From positions 1 to 48,422 of IMG/VR virus record IMGVR_UViG_3300017747_003013: a stretch of 48,422 bases of DNA. One strand, 5' to 3'. Origin of the DNA: a virus (taxonomy: Duplodnaviria; Caudoviricetes). Below the pieces are notes generated by a model. The model did no database searches, had not been told where the DNA came from, and saw only the letters and a list, made by a program, of their open reading frames with translations. Shown piece after piece: positions 15,814-28,200 of this stretch. The position numbers and the translations under genes were made by a program. Each line of letters opens with the position of its first letter. Within the stretch, counting starts at the first letter, position 1.

Positions 15814-17004
15814 TCAGTATTTGATGCAGACGAGCACGCTCATGTTGCGCGGCCGGTTCTCAGTACCAGAATTATTCGCCACTGTCGCGGTGTGCGAATG
15901 GTCGCCGTTGCTCGATGTCGTCAGGGTGACATTGCCGTTGTTCTGGTCGCCCACGTCGAAGCCGGGGTTGGAATTGCCCGAGGCGTTGTCGTTGGCGCCG
16001 TAGCGCTTGTTGCGGGTAAGTGAGTGCGTGTGGGCGCCAGCGTTGTCGATCGTCGCGTCGTGATTGTGGGGGCCGATCATTTCGGCCTGCACCACGCCCT
16101 GCGCTGCGGCGTTGCCGCCGGTAGCGCGGAAGAAGATGCCGTCGTTGGCGGTCGGCAGGTTGAACGTGGTCGAGCCGTCGCCAGCTCCGTAGGTCTCGCC
16201 GATCACCGCGAAAAGCGCCGAGTAGGTGGCGCGGCTCACCGCGCTACCGTCGCAGGCGAGGAAGTTGGCAGGGGCCGTGGGGCCGAAGTGCTCCAGCTTG
16301 GCGCCGACCGGCCACAGGAAGTTCAGCAGTGCGGTGAGATCGCCGGCCCCCGCTGCGGCAGCCTCGGCGCGATCGGCGCTGTCGGACGCCAGCAGCGCCT
16401 GCGCCAAGGCTTCCGCCTCGGCAGCTTCAGCCGCCGCTTGCGCTGCTTCGGCTGCCACCTGTGCGGCGATAGCCGCCGTCGTCGCATCGCCGTCGGGGTC
16501 GGCAGCGGTATTCTCCAGGCTGAACTCACCCGTGTCCTGGTCGAGAACCCAGACGAGTGCGCGGCGATCCTCCGGCATCGGCAGCTCGACGCTGGTGTCC
16601 TGCGTGTCGGGGGCCAGGTGAAGCGTGCGCGCCACCTTGGCGCCGAGCGCCTGGAGGCGCCGCGCGATGGCGTCTAGCCCCGCCTCGTAGACGCGTCCGA
16701 GCACGCCGCCCGCGCTGATGTCGGTGTCCTGGTCGAGCGGCGGGTCGTGCTCGACGGTAAAGGTGTCGTATTCGTCGGCGAGCAGCACGGCGCTGTCGAT
16801 GGTGACTTCGACGCCGGCGATCTCGTCGAGGTCACCGGTGTCGCCGACACCGTCGAGGGTGTAATCGACGCCGATCTGGAGGAGCGTGTTGTCGCCGTAG
16901 ACCTTGACGTGGCTCGACGCCTCCGCGTTGGCGGCGAGGCTGATCGGGTTGCTGAAGCCGTCGGCATCGACGGTGTTGCGCTGGGAGACGACTGTCTCGG
17001 TCAT
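15814..17004 (-). CDS. Tail fibre with tail-collar domain
   Basis: ATG at 17004. T7 gp17-like anchor (GVDYTL), collar FLACDGSAVSRATYSALFAVIG...FNLP, HxH repeats and ENRPRN. Confidence 0.88.
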   Translation of the reverse strand: MTETVVSQRNTVDADGFSNPISLAANAEASSHVKVYGDNTLLQIGVDYTLDGVGDTGDLDEIAGVEVTIDSAVLLADEYDTFTVEHDPPLDQDTDISAGGVLGRVYEAGLDAIARRLQALGAKVARTLHLAPDTQDTSVELPMPEDRRALVWVLDQDTGEFSLENTAADPDGDATTAAIAAQVAAEAAQAAAEAAEAEALAQALLASDSADRAEAAAAGAGDLTALLNFLWPVGAKLEHFGPTAPANFLACDGSAVSRATYSALFAVIGETYGAGDGSTTFNLPTANDGIFFRATGGNAAAQGVVQAEMIGPHNHDATIDNAGAHTHSLTRNKRYGANDNASGNSNPGFDVGDQNNGNVTLTTSSNGDHSHTATVANNSGTENRPRNMSVLVCIKY

Positions 17005-19211
17005 GGGTAGTTCGCTCCGGGTAGCCAGGTGCCAGGCGAGCCGGCGACGCTGCACCCCCACCACATGGGCTGCCCGCTGGCGGGCACACGATTGATTACG
17101 ATGTCGCCCTCCGCCCAGTCTCCCGTGGTCGGAGCCGCAGTGCCGTTGGTGACGTGGCGCGAGTTGGCGATGCTGGCGCCGAGCCAGATACCCTGCGCGA
17201 AGATCACGTTGCCGGGGCCGATCACCACAGAGCGACCACCCTGCGACGTGTTCAGGTCCGTCGTGATCCGGTAGGGTGTGCGGGCGCCAAGCCCGGCGTG
17301 CCGCCACTGCCACTGGCCGACAGAGCTGTCCCACTGCATGACGAGCCCGGTCGAGCTATCGCCATCGGCCCTGAGCGTGAAGGCTCGGCTGGTTGACGGC
17401 TCCAGGATGATCTCCTGGGTGGCGCTACGCGCTCGCACCGACATCTGGCCGGTGACTACGTTGTTACGAAGATCGAAACCTGTACCCCTGTCGCCGGCTG
17501 CGTGCAGCCCGCCGATGATTTGTGCAGGCGTATCAACCTTGGAGGGGGGCTGGCCGTTCTCGGAGTAGCAGCCGATGAACATCGCGCGCGAGTTGGCGTT
17601 GTCGTTCGCGTAGGCGCCCCCGACGACATAGGTGCCGGCGAAGGTGCTCCAGTCCACAAAGACTGTCGAGACTGCACCCGCGCCCATCAGCCCCCAGACG
17701 GTGGCATCGGTACCTGGAGTGATGGCCGCTGCGGTCGCCGCGTTGATGACGTAGTAGCGATTGCCGCCGTACGACACCTGAGCCGCGCAATCGTCGGCTG
17801 TTATGCGGCTGCCGTTCGCCGCCGTATGGCAGGCAACATACTGGTTGCCGAGGAACGAGTTGTCGTGAATGCCCCACGTCCGGTTAGACGAGGCATCGAA
17901 GTGCTCGACATAGCACTGGTTGGCGTCGGCACCGTTGGCGTAGAGCCCGACGTGGCAGCGCGTGACGCGGCCTCCGATGATCTCGCTGTTGTTGCAGTTG
18001 CCCATCGTGGACGCGCCGCCGCCGCTGTCGGCCTGGAGGCGCAACCCATCGCCGGGGAAGTTGGTGATGTTGCACCCGACAACCTTGGCGCGCGCTCGCA
18101 GCCACAGGCCGCACTTCGTGCGATCGGTGCCGCCGAGAGACACGAGGCGAGGGTACTCAAGTACCGAGCCGTCGCCGCCCGTGGTTGTCGGGCTTTCGAG
18201 CCCGTCGTCGAGGGTGTTGTAGCGGTTGACGATGACGCCGAACGTATCGGCCGGGAACACCCACTCAGATGCCCAGCCGCCGTTCTGGAAGCCGTTTGGG
18301 AAGATTACCTGTAGCGTCTTCTTGATGTTGATGGTGCCGCTGAAGTAGTAGCACCCCGCCTGCACGGCGATGACTGCGCCGCCCTCGTAGAACGTGATGG
18401 GGTTGGACGAGAGATACGCTTGCGCAGCGTCGAACGCCGCCAGGTTATCCGTAGGCGTCCCCGTCAGGCTCCCGGTTGTGCCGCTGCCGAGGCTGTAGAC
18501 GCAATCAGCCTTGCCGCCGAACATTTCGAGCGTGACTACGGTACCCGTCAGCTCGAACCATGCTACCCCTCCACCACTCAGAGTGATGGAGAACTTGCCG
18601 GCGTGGCTAGGCTCACTCGCCACCTTCACGTAGAGAGCGCCGCCGCCATCGCCCGCCGAGGTGTAGCCGGCCGTCTTGATGAAATCCGGCGCCACGCTAG
18701 GTGAGTACGCTTGCGCCTGCGCAACCGAGGAGAAGATGGTTGTGCCCGCGCCAGCGATAGCGATCGCTGCTGCGTCTTCCGCTGCGTCGGCGGCCAGCTC
18801 GGCTGCCTCTGCGCTTAGCGCAGCCGACAGGGTGTTAGCGTCGACGGCGTATGCGCGCTCGGCGACAGCCTGTAGCTGCCGGTTCTGGGCGTCGAGCGCG
18901 CTCTCGAAGGCGCGGCCGAAGTTGCCGCCGAGTGAGAAGTCGGCACCCTGCTGGAGCACGGGGTCGTAGAGGGCGGTGAACTCCTCGACGCCGACATACT
19001 CGTCGACATCCTCGCCGCCGATGATCTCGATGGAGACACCGTTCGCATCGCCGATCCCGGTCACGGTGTAGTCGACGCCGACCTGGAGCAGTTCGAGATC
19101 GGCATAGACCTTCAGGTAGTCGACGTCCTCGACGAGCACCCCGAGCGTCAGCGGGTTCGCAAACCCCGTGCGATCTACGACATGTCGGATTTCGGCGGCT
19201 TGCTGCGTCAT
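17001..19211 (-). CDS. Tailspike / polysaccharide depolymerase (beta-helix)
   Basis: Same anchor domain (GVDYTV), TAGYTSAGDGGGALY, FGGKAD...TDNLAAFDAA pectate-lyase-like start, and an Asn/Gly-rich body. Confidence 0.8.
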   Translation of the reverse strand: MTQQAAEIRHVVDRTGFANPLTLGVLVEDVDYLKVYADLELLQVGVDYTVTGIGDANGVSIEIIGGEDVDEYVGVEEFTALYDPVLQQGADFSLGGNFGRAFESALDAQNRQLQAVAERAYAVDANTLSAALSAEAAELAADAAEDAAAIAIAGAGTTIFSSVAQAQAYSPSVAPDFIKTAGYTSAGDGGGALYVKVASEPSHAGKFSITLSGGGVAWFELTGTVVTLEMFGGKADCVYSLGSGTTGSLTGTPTDNLAAFDAAQAYLSSNPITFYEGGAVIAVQAGCYYFSGTINIKKTLQVIFPNGFQNGGWASEWVFPADTFGVIVNRYNTLDDGLESPTTTGGDGSVLEYPRLVSLGGTDRTKCGLWLRARAKVVGCNITNFPGDGLRLQADSGGGASTMGNCNNSEIIGGRVTRCHVGLYANGADANQCYVEHFDASSNRTWGIHDNSFLGNQYVACHTAANGSRITADDCAAQVSYGGNRYYVINAATAAAITPGTDATVWGLMGAGAVSTVFVDWSTFAGTYVVGGAYANDNANSRAMFIGCYSENGQPPSKVDTPAQIIGGLHAAGDRGTGFDLRNNVVTGQMSVRARSATQEIILEPSTSRAFTLRADGDSSTGLVMQWDSSVGQWQWRHAGLGARTPYRITTDLNTSQGGRSVVIGPGNVIFAQGIWLGASIANSRHVTNGTAAPTTGDWAEGDIVINRVPASGQPMWWGCSVAGSPGTWLPGANYP

Positions 19212-19238
19212 GGTGGTATCCCTATACCGCGTGCGGTG

Positions 19239-22200
19239 TCAGAAGGCCATACCCGCGCTGGCCGATAGGTCGGTTAGGATGGCGAACTCGCCATCCTCGA
19301 TGAGCCGCGTGCGAGCGTCAGGCCAAGCTTCGGCCACGCCCTCGAAATCGTAAACCTTGGCCTTGGTCACCCGGCGCACGTACTCGTCGTAGGCGTCGGG
19401 GCTGGTCGCCTCCAGCAGGCTCAGCGACCCCTCGACATCGAGCAGTTTGCGCCCCTTGTAGGTGGGGTGGCCCATCGTGACCATGGTGTTCCATGCCTCG
19501 CGCTGGGCGATCTCCTTGAGCACGTCGATGACCTCGCGCTTCTTGGAGGGCGTCATGGCGATGTTGACGGGGTCGTCTTCGTAGGTGCTGTCGGCCAGCC
19601 CCAACCGGCTGGAGATTTCCGTGCTCATCCCGCTGATGATCTTGGTCAGCGCAGTCGCGCGGTTGACTGGGTGCAGCCGCTTATCCTCTGGCTTCTGGTA
19701 CTCCATCAGCAACGCGTACGCCTTCTCCTCGGCGTCCATCTTGCCGAGCAGAGCGTTGATGACCGGCTCGCTGGCCCCCTTGCCGACGAGGTTGTGCAAG
19801 GTCTGGTAGGCGCCGCCCAGCTTGCCGTTGGCCTGGCTCGCCTGCCCCCACAGATCGGCGGTGAGCTGCGACCCCTGGCGCGCATCCTTGACGAAGCGGC
19901 GCGTGATGAACCAGTCGCTGGCGTCGGGCGCGGGGCGCGTCGTGCTGAAGGCATCGAGCGAGTGCGCGATGTCGCGGTAGGCGTTCGCCCCCAGCCCGGC
20001 GCCAACGTGGTCTATCAGCATAGGCGACAGGCCCGTCATCTGCCCTAGCGTGATAGCCAGGTCAGACGTGCGCTCGTTGAACTCCAGCGAGCGGTCGCGC
20101 GGGCTAAGCTCGCCGGGCTTGACGATCGGCTGGCCGGTGTAGAAGTCAAAGTTGGAGGTTGCTTCCGCGACCGTTTGTATGATCGGTGGCGTCGTCGGCG
20201 GCGTGACACTCATCGCGACCCCACGCAGCATCTTGCCGAGCGCCGTGCTATCGCCGCCGGCTGCCTCAAGCGCGCGCTCGACGGTGTTGGCGATCAGCGC
20301 AAGCTCGAACGGCTTCGGCATGACCCATACCTCGCCCTTCTTGCCGAGGCCCATCTTGTTCGGCAGGAAGACCCAGTTGGTGGTGCGAGTGTACTCGTTA
20401 GGCCCCGCGATATAGTCGGGGTCATCGGCCTGAAGGAAATGCAGCAACTCCGACAGCCCGCCCAGCATGAGCATGGACAGCATCAGGTGGCGGCCGGTCT
20501 TGAGCTGATCCTTCTCGGCGCGGCTGAGCGGCAGGGCGTTTATGTCCTTCACCCATGCGGTGATCGCGAAGGTAAGCCCCTTGCGACGGCCCGCCTCGTC
20601 GCCGCCCAGCGTGCGAAACAGCTTGTGCAAGCCGACGAGTTGGGAGTTTAGGAAGGGGATGAGCCGCCGCATGGTCAGCATCCGAGAGCCATGCTGGCCG
20701 TAGTCCATCACGTCGGTGGCGATGTAAGCGGCCTCGACGGAAGCCTCGTAGTCGCTCAGGCCGTCGCGCTTGGCGCGGGTGTAGGTGGCGCGGTATACGC
20801 CGAGGCGTCCGGCAGTTTCAGCCGTCTCGATCACCCGCGACAGCGCGCGCACTGAACCGACGAAGTCCCAAGGGTTGCGGATTTCACCGATCACCTTTGG
20901 CAGGAAGCCGCGAGCGCGCAGCGCGCTGATGTCGCGGTCGATATTGGCCTGGTGCAGCGTCGAGGTGTTGATGCCGCCCATCATCATGCGGGCACGGTTA
21001 GCCGACTTCGCCCACTTGCTCTGGGTGATTTCGTCGACCATACCGCGAATGCCGCTCACACCGGGGATGTAGCCGCGCGTCAGCATCCCGTTCTGGAGTT
21101 CGCCCCGGATAAAGTTCACCAGCAGATAGTCGGGCCAGTTCGTCACCGCCGCACGGAACAGGGTTGAGGATGCCGCCGCGATCTCCAGCGGCCAGTCCAT
21201 GCTCTCGCGCCCGACAGCGGCCATGTAGTTGATGACGTCGGCTCCGAGCTGGCCGTCGACCAACTGTAGCGCGGCGATCTTGCCGTTCTCCCAGAAGAAC
21301 ATGACGTTCTCGCCGCGCGTTGACACCTGCTGGGAGCGGTAGAGCGAGATCATCTGCCCTCGGTCGATCGACGCTTCGAGCAGGGTCAGCAGTTCGGCGG
21401 CGTCGGCCGGGTCCATCGGCGTGTCGTCCTGGTCGCCTGCGCGCTTGAGCAGCTGGGCCGCCGCCTCTTGCGCGGAGTAGGTCTTGCCGACCATCTGGGT
21501 GGCAGGGATGCGGACCGCCACGGAGCCGACGCCCGGCGTCTTGTCGGCCATCGCCGCCAGCGCCTTGGCTGCGTCGTTCATAGAGATCAGCTTCTCGACG
21601 GCTATCGTCTTTTGCAGCAGGACATCCATCGGCGCGATGACATCGCGCGACGAGCCCTTGAAGCGCTTGACCACGGCGCTCTGGGTGAACGAGACGTCGT
21701 TCTCGCGCGCGGTGCGCAGGTCACTGACATCGCGCTGGAGCGGCGCGTAGAACTCTCGCGACGCTACGTCCTCATAGGTCTCCTTGTCGATCAGCCCGGC
21801 GTCGTACTGCTTGCGCCACAGCCCCATGCCGTACTCGTGCACGATGGCCGCCGCCTGCACGAACTCGGGGTGCTCAGTCTCGTGATCCTGCGCGCCCTGG
21901 AGGATGTCGCCCTTCTTCAGCCCGACGGGCTCATTGCGAATTTCGCCGCGCTCGTAGCGCTTCCACTCAGCCAGTGCACGACGTTCCATCAGGTAGGCGT
22001 TGAACGACAGCATCAGCTCTGTATCCAGAGAGACGAGTTGGCTGCCTTTCTTGTTCGCCTTGCCGTGGATCAGGAAGATAGCGTCTTGCAGGCTGCGCGT
22101 GGCGGGGTCTGTGCCACGGTACGGGATGACGCCGTCCTGCGTCTCGTTGAGCGCCAAGGTCTCTGCCTGGCGACCGAGCGTCGACAGCGCGATCGGGTTG

Positions 22201-25200
22201 TCGGCGTAAGCGAGGTCGAGCTGGGTGCCGTGTGCCGCCTCGAACTGTGCGGAGATACGGTTCACGATCTCTCGCAAGCCGGCCTGCTGCTGGAACGACA
22301 CCGTCACGGAGCGGCGGGTCAGCTCGCGCATCCACGACGCAAAGCCGTTATCCGTGATCTCCTTCATGGCGATCTGGATACCGGTCAGGCGCGAGTTGTC
22401 GATGATGATGCTTTCGGAGAGCTTGGCTGATGGCTGGTTCAGCCACGCCTCGAACTGGATGTTGAGCGCGTCGAGCCCCGTCAGCGTCTTGGGGTCGCTG
22501 CGCCGCATCATGGCGACGAACTCGCGCGTCAGGTCTGGCGCCTGGCGCTCGGTATAGGCGCGCGCAGTGACGTAGGATCGCAGGAACTCGGCGAAGCCTT
22601 CGCGCCGCACCGTAGGCAGGGGGGCGCTCGTCAGGTCGCCCTGGTAGTGCGTGCGGGCAAAGTCCTCCAGCGCAGCCGCGTTGGCGCGGGCGAAGGGCTC
22701 GACGATGTCGGCGCGAGCGTCATTGAATGCGTGGCCGGCCTCGTGCACCAGGGTGCTGAAGTCGTTCTTGTCACGCATCTGGATGAGTGCCGCGCGGCGG
22801 TGGTACTCGCCCATGACGGTGCGGTCCTTAGACGCCAGCCGCCCCGAGCGAACGGTCAGCTTCATCAGCTTGCTGAGCGAGGCGCCGAAAGTCGACAGGC
22901 GCCTGTCGGCCGGCTTGGTGTCGGCGGCGATCTGGCGCGCGTTCGAGGTGGCGATGCCGGCAGTCGGGCGTGTCGGCTCGCCTATGTACGGCTGCCGCAT
23001 GGAACCGGCCGCCGTCATGCGGAGGATGTCGGGGTCTTCGCGGTTGTAGGTGCCGATGTTGGCGGTCGACTTGGCGTTGCCCGGCTCGATGACGACGTAG
23101 ACGTCGACCGGCCCGGAGCCCTCGTCGACACTGCGGAAGATCACGCCGTCGTGGCCGTTGCGCTTGGCGCGCTCGACCTCGCCGTCGGTGGTCTGGCCGT
23201 TCTCGCCGACGTCGTAGTCGGTCTCCTCGCTGATGCCAGTATCGACCTCGTCGGCCGCTGCGTCGCCGGCCTCGGTCGCCCTCTCCTCGGTGTATTCGTT
23301 CTCGAAGTCGCGCGCCCCCTCCTCGGTGTCGAAGGTGCCGATGACCTCGTCCTCGACCGGCGGTGCTGTACGCAGGGCTTCGAGCTGGCGCTGGAACTCA
23401 GCGAGCTGCGCGATGGCGGTCTTGTACTGGTTGCGCACACTCTCGACGAGCGCCGCGCCCAGCGTATCCTGCTGCGCTATCGCCTTGTCCAGCGCTTCGC
23501 GGCGGCTCGCCTCATAGGTGCGTGCATTGCTGACGCGGTACTCCAGATCGGCGACCGTATCGCCTTGCTCTGCCTTGAGCCGCACCTCGAACTGCTCGCC
23601 GACTTCAGCGACGTACATCCGGTTTGCCATGTCCTCGCGGAAGGCTTCCTCGGCGTCGTTGCGGGCGCTGTCCTGCTGATCGCTGATCGCCTGCTCGGCG
23701 TCGCCGTAGCTCTCAAACACGCTGTCGACTGCGCGATAGATCGTCGGGTACTCGGTATCCGGCCCGGCGTTCCACGAGTTGCCCTGCCAGTCGATCTCCA
23801 GCGGGTTCTCCATGCGGGCGTAGAAGGTGAAGACCGCGCCGCCGATGTTGTTGCCGTCCTCGTCGAACTGGGCGTCGTTGGCGAAGTTGCCGCCCATGCT
23901 GGCTTCGCCGAACTGCGACGCGGTGTCGCGGTCGGGCGTCATCCACATTTCGCGCGTCGCCTTGCGCAGGCTCTTGGGGGCGCCGCTGTAGAGCACCAGC
24001 GGCACGCCGTCGTCATCGCGGATCGCGGCGCCGCCGTCCCATTCGAGGAAGGCCGGGCTCTCGGTGCCGAGTGAGGCGACAGCCTGCTCGATGTCGCCGC
24101 TGTACTCCATGTATACAACGTCGGGCTTGCCCCACTCAGCCTTCCAGCCCTCAGGTCGATACTGGTCGTTCCAGTTCTCGCGCCGCACCTCGCGGAAGCC
24201 GAGCGCGGCATACATCTGCACCAGCTTGCCGTCGAAGGCGTCGAGCGTCTTGCCGCCATTGGCGACCGCCACGTCGATGATCTTGCGCAGGCGACCGCCA
24301 CCGGCGGCCGGGTGCGAGAAGACCGAGACGATGTCGGTGCCCTTCAGCGCGAAGCCGCTCAGGCCGTCGGGCGCGAGGAAGGTGCGCATCTTGGCGTATT
24401 CGGCGGGGCTGTAGGCATAGGCGGCAGCGCCGAAGGGGCTGGCGTTCTTGGCGGCGAGAAAGGCGTCGAGGAACTGCTGCTGAGGGGAGACGACCTCCTC
24501 GATCACAGCGGGGTCGAGCACGCCGATGTTGAGCGGACTGTCGGGGTACTCACGCACCCAGAAACTGTCGTAGCCCTTAGAGCGCATCCACTTACGGACA
24601 GCCGGCTGCTCCAAGAGACCGAAATCACCGCTGCGCAGGAACGAGATCGCAGACTGCGGACCATAGAGAGCACCCGGCGCGACCGCGTCAAAGTTCTTGG
24701 CGACGTACTCGGAGAGTGCCGCAAGATCGGTTTCGCTCTGGTAGTTGAACACCTTCTTGGCGTTGACCTTCGCAGCCAGCAGCCGCTTGGTCTCGCCGCG
24801 CGCGAAGGTGATCGCCTGTACGGGGCTGGTCGACAGGAAGACTGCATTGCCGCCTGAGCCGCGAGCGCCCGGCAGCTTAAGCCGCCCCTCGAACTCGCGC
24901 GAAGTGCCGTGGTAGAAAAGCCCCTCGCCAGTCAGCTCGACCGGCGCGTCGACGTCCTCGGCCGTGCTGTCGACCACGCCCTCGGTCCACGTCCACGACG
25001 GCATGATACCGGTCTTCTGGTCGGCGTAGACGGTGTTGCGCGGGTCTTTGCGGTTCTGCTCGCCGAAGGGGCCGTAGTTGACCCAGCTATTCTGGCCGCG
25101 CGTCTCGCTCGTCATCGCCGGCACGGCGCTCGCGGTGAACAGGCGCATGTGCGACTGCCAGGCGTTCTCCTCGCCCCGCGCACCGAAGCCGGAGCCCTCC

Positions 25201-28200
25201 AGCCCGTGGCCGAAGAAGTCATGCACGACGCGGAACAGGTCGTTGACGACCATCGGCTGGCCGTTGTCGGAGGTCTCGCCGGAGGCTTCGAGCAGCGGGT
25301 TGCCGGTCGGGTCGAACTCCGAGGAGCCGAAGCCCTGGTCGGTCGGGAAGTACCAGATGTGACCGGCGTTGATGTCCTTGAGCACGTCGCGCGGGCCGTT
25401 AGGGTAGGGGTCGGGCAGCTCGGGGGTGAGAAGGTTCACCGAACTATCGCTCTCGATGATGCGGTAGATGTCCTCTAGCGTGGCGTCCGGCTGGTTGAAG
25501 GGGCGGCGCCCCATGTCGTAGGCCAGCTTGGCGGCAGCACGCGACGACACCTGCCCCATCAGGCTCGGGTTGTCCGCGAGCACACGCTCCATAAGCGCCC
25601 GCCCGATGCCTTGACCGCGCAATGCTTCGGGGATGACGAAGTCGACCACCGACGCTTCACGAGCGGCGCCCTTACGCTCGACAACGCGAACTACACCTCC
25701 AGAGGGTTCGGTGTAGGTGACGTAGTCGCCGTACCCCTTGCCGATCTCTGAGGGTGTGCGCGTCACCTTCACATCGAGTGCCTGCGCCTTGGCTGAAAGC
25801 GGCGCAGGCTTCCACGGCAGGATCGTCTCGATCTTCAGGCCGGTCGCCTTGACGTACTGATACTGCGCGACGGTCTCGTCGGCGAGCGCCTGATACGCGG
25901 CGAGCACAGCCGGATCGTTCGGCTCGTGCTTCATGGCGGTGTAGGCGGCAGCAATGCGCGCGGCGCGGGCGGTGTCCACCTTGACGTAGGAGCGGGCGCG
26001 ACGGTGCGGCAGGCCGATCGCTGCGGCGTACGCCTTGGCGGCCTGCACGACGCGGGGGATCGGCCCGGTGAGACCCTTCTCGATGTTCGGCAGCGGAGCG
26101 ACCTGATAAGGGTCGAGCTGCACCGCATCGACCTGCGCGACGATGTCGGGGTTGACCGGCTGGCCGACCTGCGCTTCGACATCCTCGATCTGGATGCGGT
26201 TCTCGTCGAAGATGACGTAATTGCGCGTGCCGTCGCCGTCCGCGCGGCTTCCAGCGTCGAGGTAGCGCAAACCGGGTACACCCGCTGCGAGCAGCGTAGC
26301 GGAAGCAGCCTGGTCGCCTCCGAAATCCGAGCCGTCAGATGCTGTCGCTGCGCTACTCCAGTCAGGCGGTGTTTCGACGCGCCCGGCGCGCAGGTCGGCG
26401 GAAAGCCCTCGATAGATTTGCTCGCCTGTTACGCTGTCACGCAGGCCGCCTCCGGCGCTACGAACTTTGGCGAGTTGACTGCCTTCTGGTGCCGCATCGA
26501 CCAGCTTCTGTATCGCGGCTCTAGCGGCGGCAGACTGCGTGCTCAGCGGCGCGTCCCAGTCGAGCAGCTCAGCGTCGTCGGGGATATCGACCTGATAGAG
26601 CGCACCGCCTTCCAAGTTGATGCGCGCGTCGTTTTCGCGCAGCCATTCGCGCGCGGCGGTGTAACGGTCGCGCATGCGGTCAACGGTAGCAGTCTCGATG
26701 GCGCGCTCAAGGTTCTGGGTGCCACGCTCCTTGGAGAACGACTGCTGGATAAAATTGAGCGCGGTCAACCCCTCTGAAGAAATGCCGCTGTATTGGGCGC
26801 TGCCGTCCACGGTAAGAACGGGCCGCGCTAGTGCGGCGCGGTAGCCTTCGGCGACCTGCCGGTTTCCGGCAAAGTATAGCCCGTGCCCGAACGCCTGCGC
26901 GCCCTCGCCCGTGCCGATCTTGTCCATCGAGAACTTGTCGAACTTGTGCGGCGTGCCGTGGTAGGCGCGCTGCTGTTCGACGATCTGCTTGACGGCGTCG
27001 CCAGCGACTACAGGATCAACCCTTGTCGGCGCAGTTGCCGCTCCAACGCCATCCGTCGCTTGCGGCGCTCCTGCACCTCCAGCAGGCTGTGCGTCCACCG
27101 CTTCAGCGTTTGCGGCTTCGCCGTCTTCTGGGTTTGCGTCGACTTCGGCGGTGAGGCCATCAAGCACCTGCTGTTCTGCGTCGATGATCTTGTCGATCTG
27201 CGCCTGCACCGCCTCGGGCTTGCCGCCCATGTCGACGGTCTTGCCGGGCGCCAGCGTCGTGACGAAGCCGACCCCGCCGCCTGTCACGGCGCCGACGAGG
27301 CCCTGCTTGAACCAGTCGCCGTAGTCCAGCACGCGGTCGGGGTCGTACCCTGGCAGGTACTTGGCGATGATGTCCTCGCCGGCTGCCTGCCCGACTTCCT
27401 GTGTGAACTCGCTCAGCGAGGTTGCCGTCGTGTTTCGCAGGACGCGCGACACCAGCCCGCCGGTGGCGATCTCGGCCCGCATGAAGGCACGCTCGATCGG
27501 CAAACGGTCAGTCATGCCGAGCCCGGAGCCGAGCACGAGCGCCGTGAACTTCGACCAGCCGTTGGCGTCGAAACGGTCGGCGTCCTCGTACTGCGCACCG
27601 CCGCCAGCTGCCGCGCCGAAGGCGCCCGTCGTCGCGCCAGCCCCGACACCGAGCACTTGCCCCACGTAGCCGGCGAGCAAATACGGCGCCATCGAACCGA
27701 CGCCCTCAGAGAGCATCTGGATGGCTTCCTCGCGGCGGCCCGGATCGGCGGGCAACCCCTTATTAAGCTCGGCGTCGAGCGCGTCTGCCGCTTGGCGAGG
27801 CCAAGACTTGCCGGTCTCGAAGCCGGTCGACACGAAGATGCCGCTCTCGAACCACGCGCCAGGCGCGCGTAGCGCGTTCGTGCCCATCTGGGCGGCGCTC
27901 TTGACCGCGCCCTCTATGGCACTGCGCCACCAATACTGCGACGGCAGGGGGGCGCCTGCCACGTCAGTGACGCGCTTGTCTGCTTCCTCCGTCGAGGCCG
28001 TGCCTGCATCGGCCGCCTCGACGATGGCGCGTATCTCATCCTCGGTCATGCCCGGCTTGAACTGCCGCGCATAGGCGCCGCCGAACTCCTCGGTCAGCTC
28101 GTCGATCGTCTTTCCGAAGGTGGCGCCGACCAACTCGTCGTTGTGCGTGCGGGCCTCGTTGGCGAGCTTGCCCGCAAAGTCGGCCTGCCCCTCGCGTTCA

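Noticed and set aside
15814-19211. Diversity-generating retroelement acting on tail fibres, as in BPP-1
   Set aside because: No reverse transcriptase and no adenine-variant template/variable repeat pair seen.
22647-24074. Long plus-strand ORFs antisense to real genes (also 32853-34196, 37487-38836, 39601-40770 and others)
   Set aside because: Expected shadows of high-GC codon bias, with no motifs or RBS.
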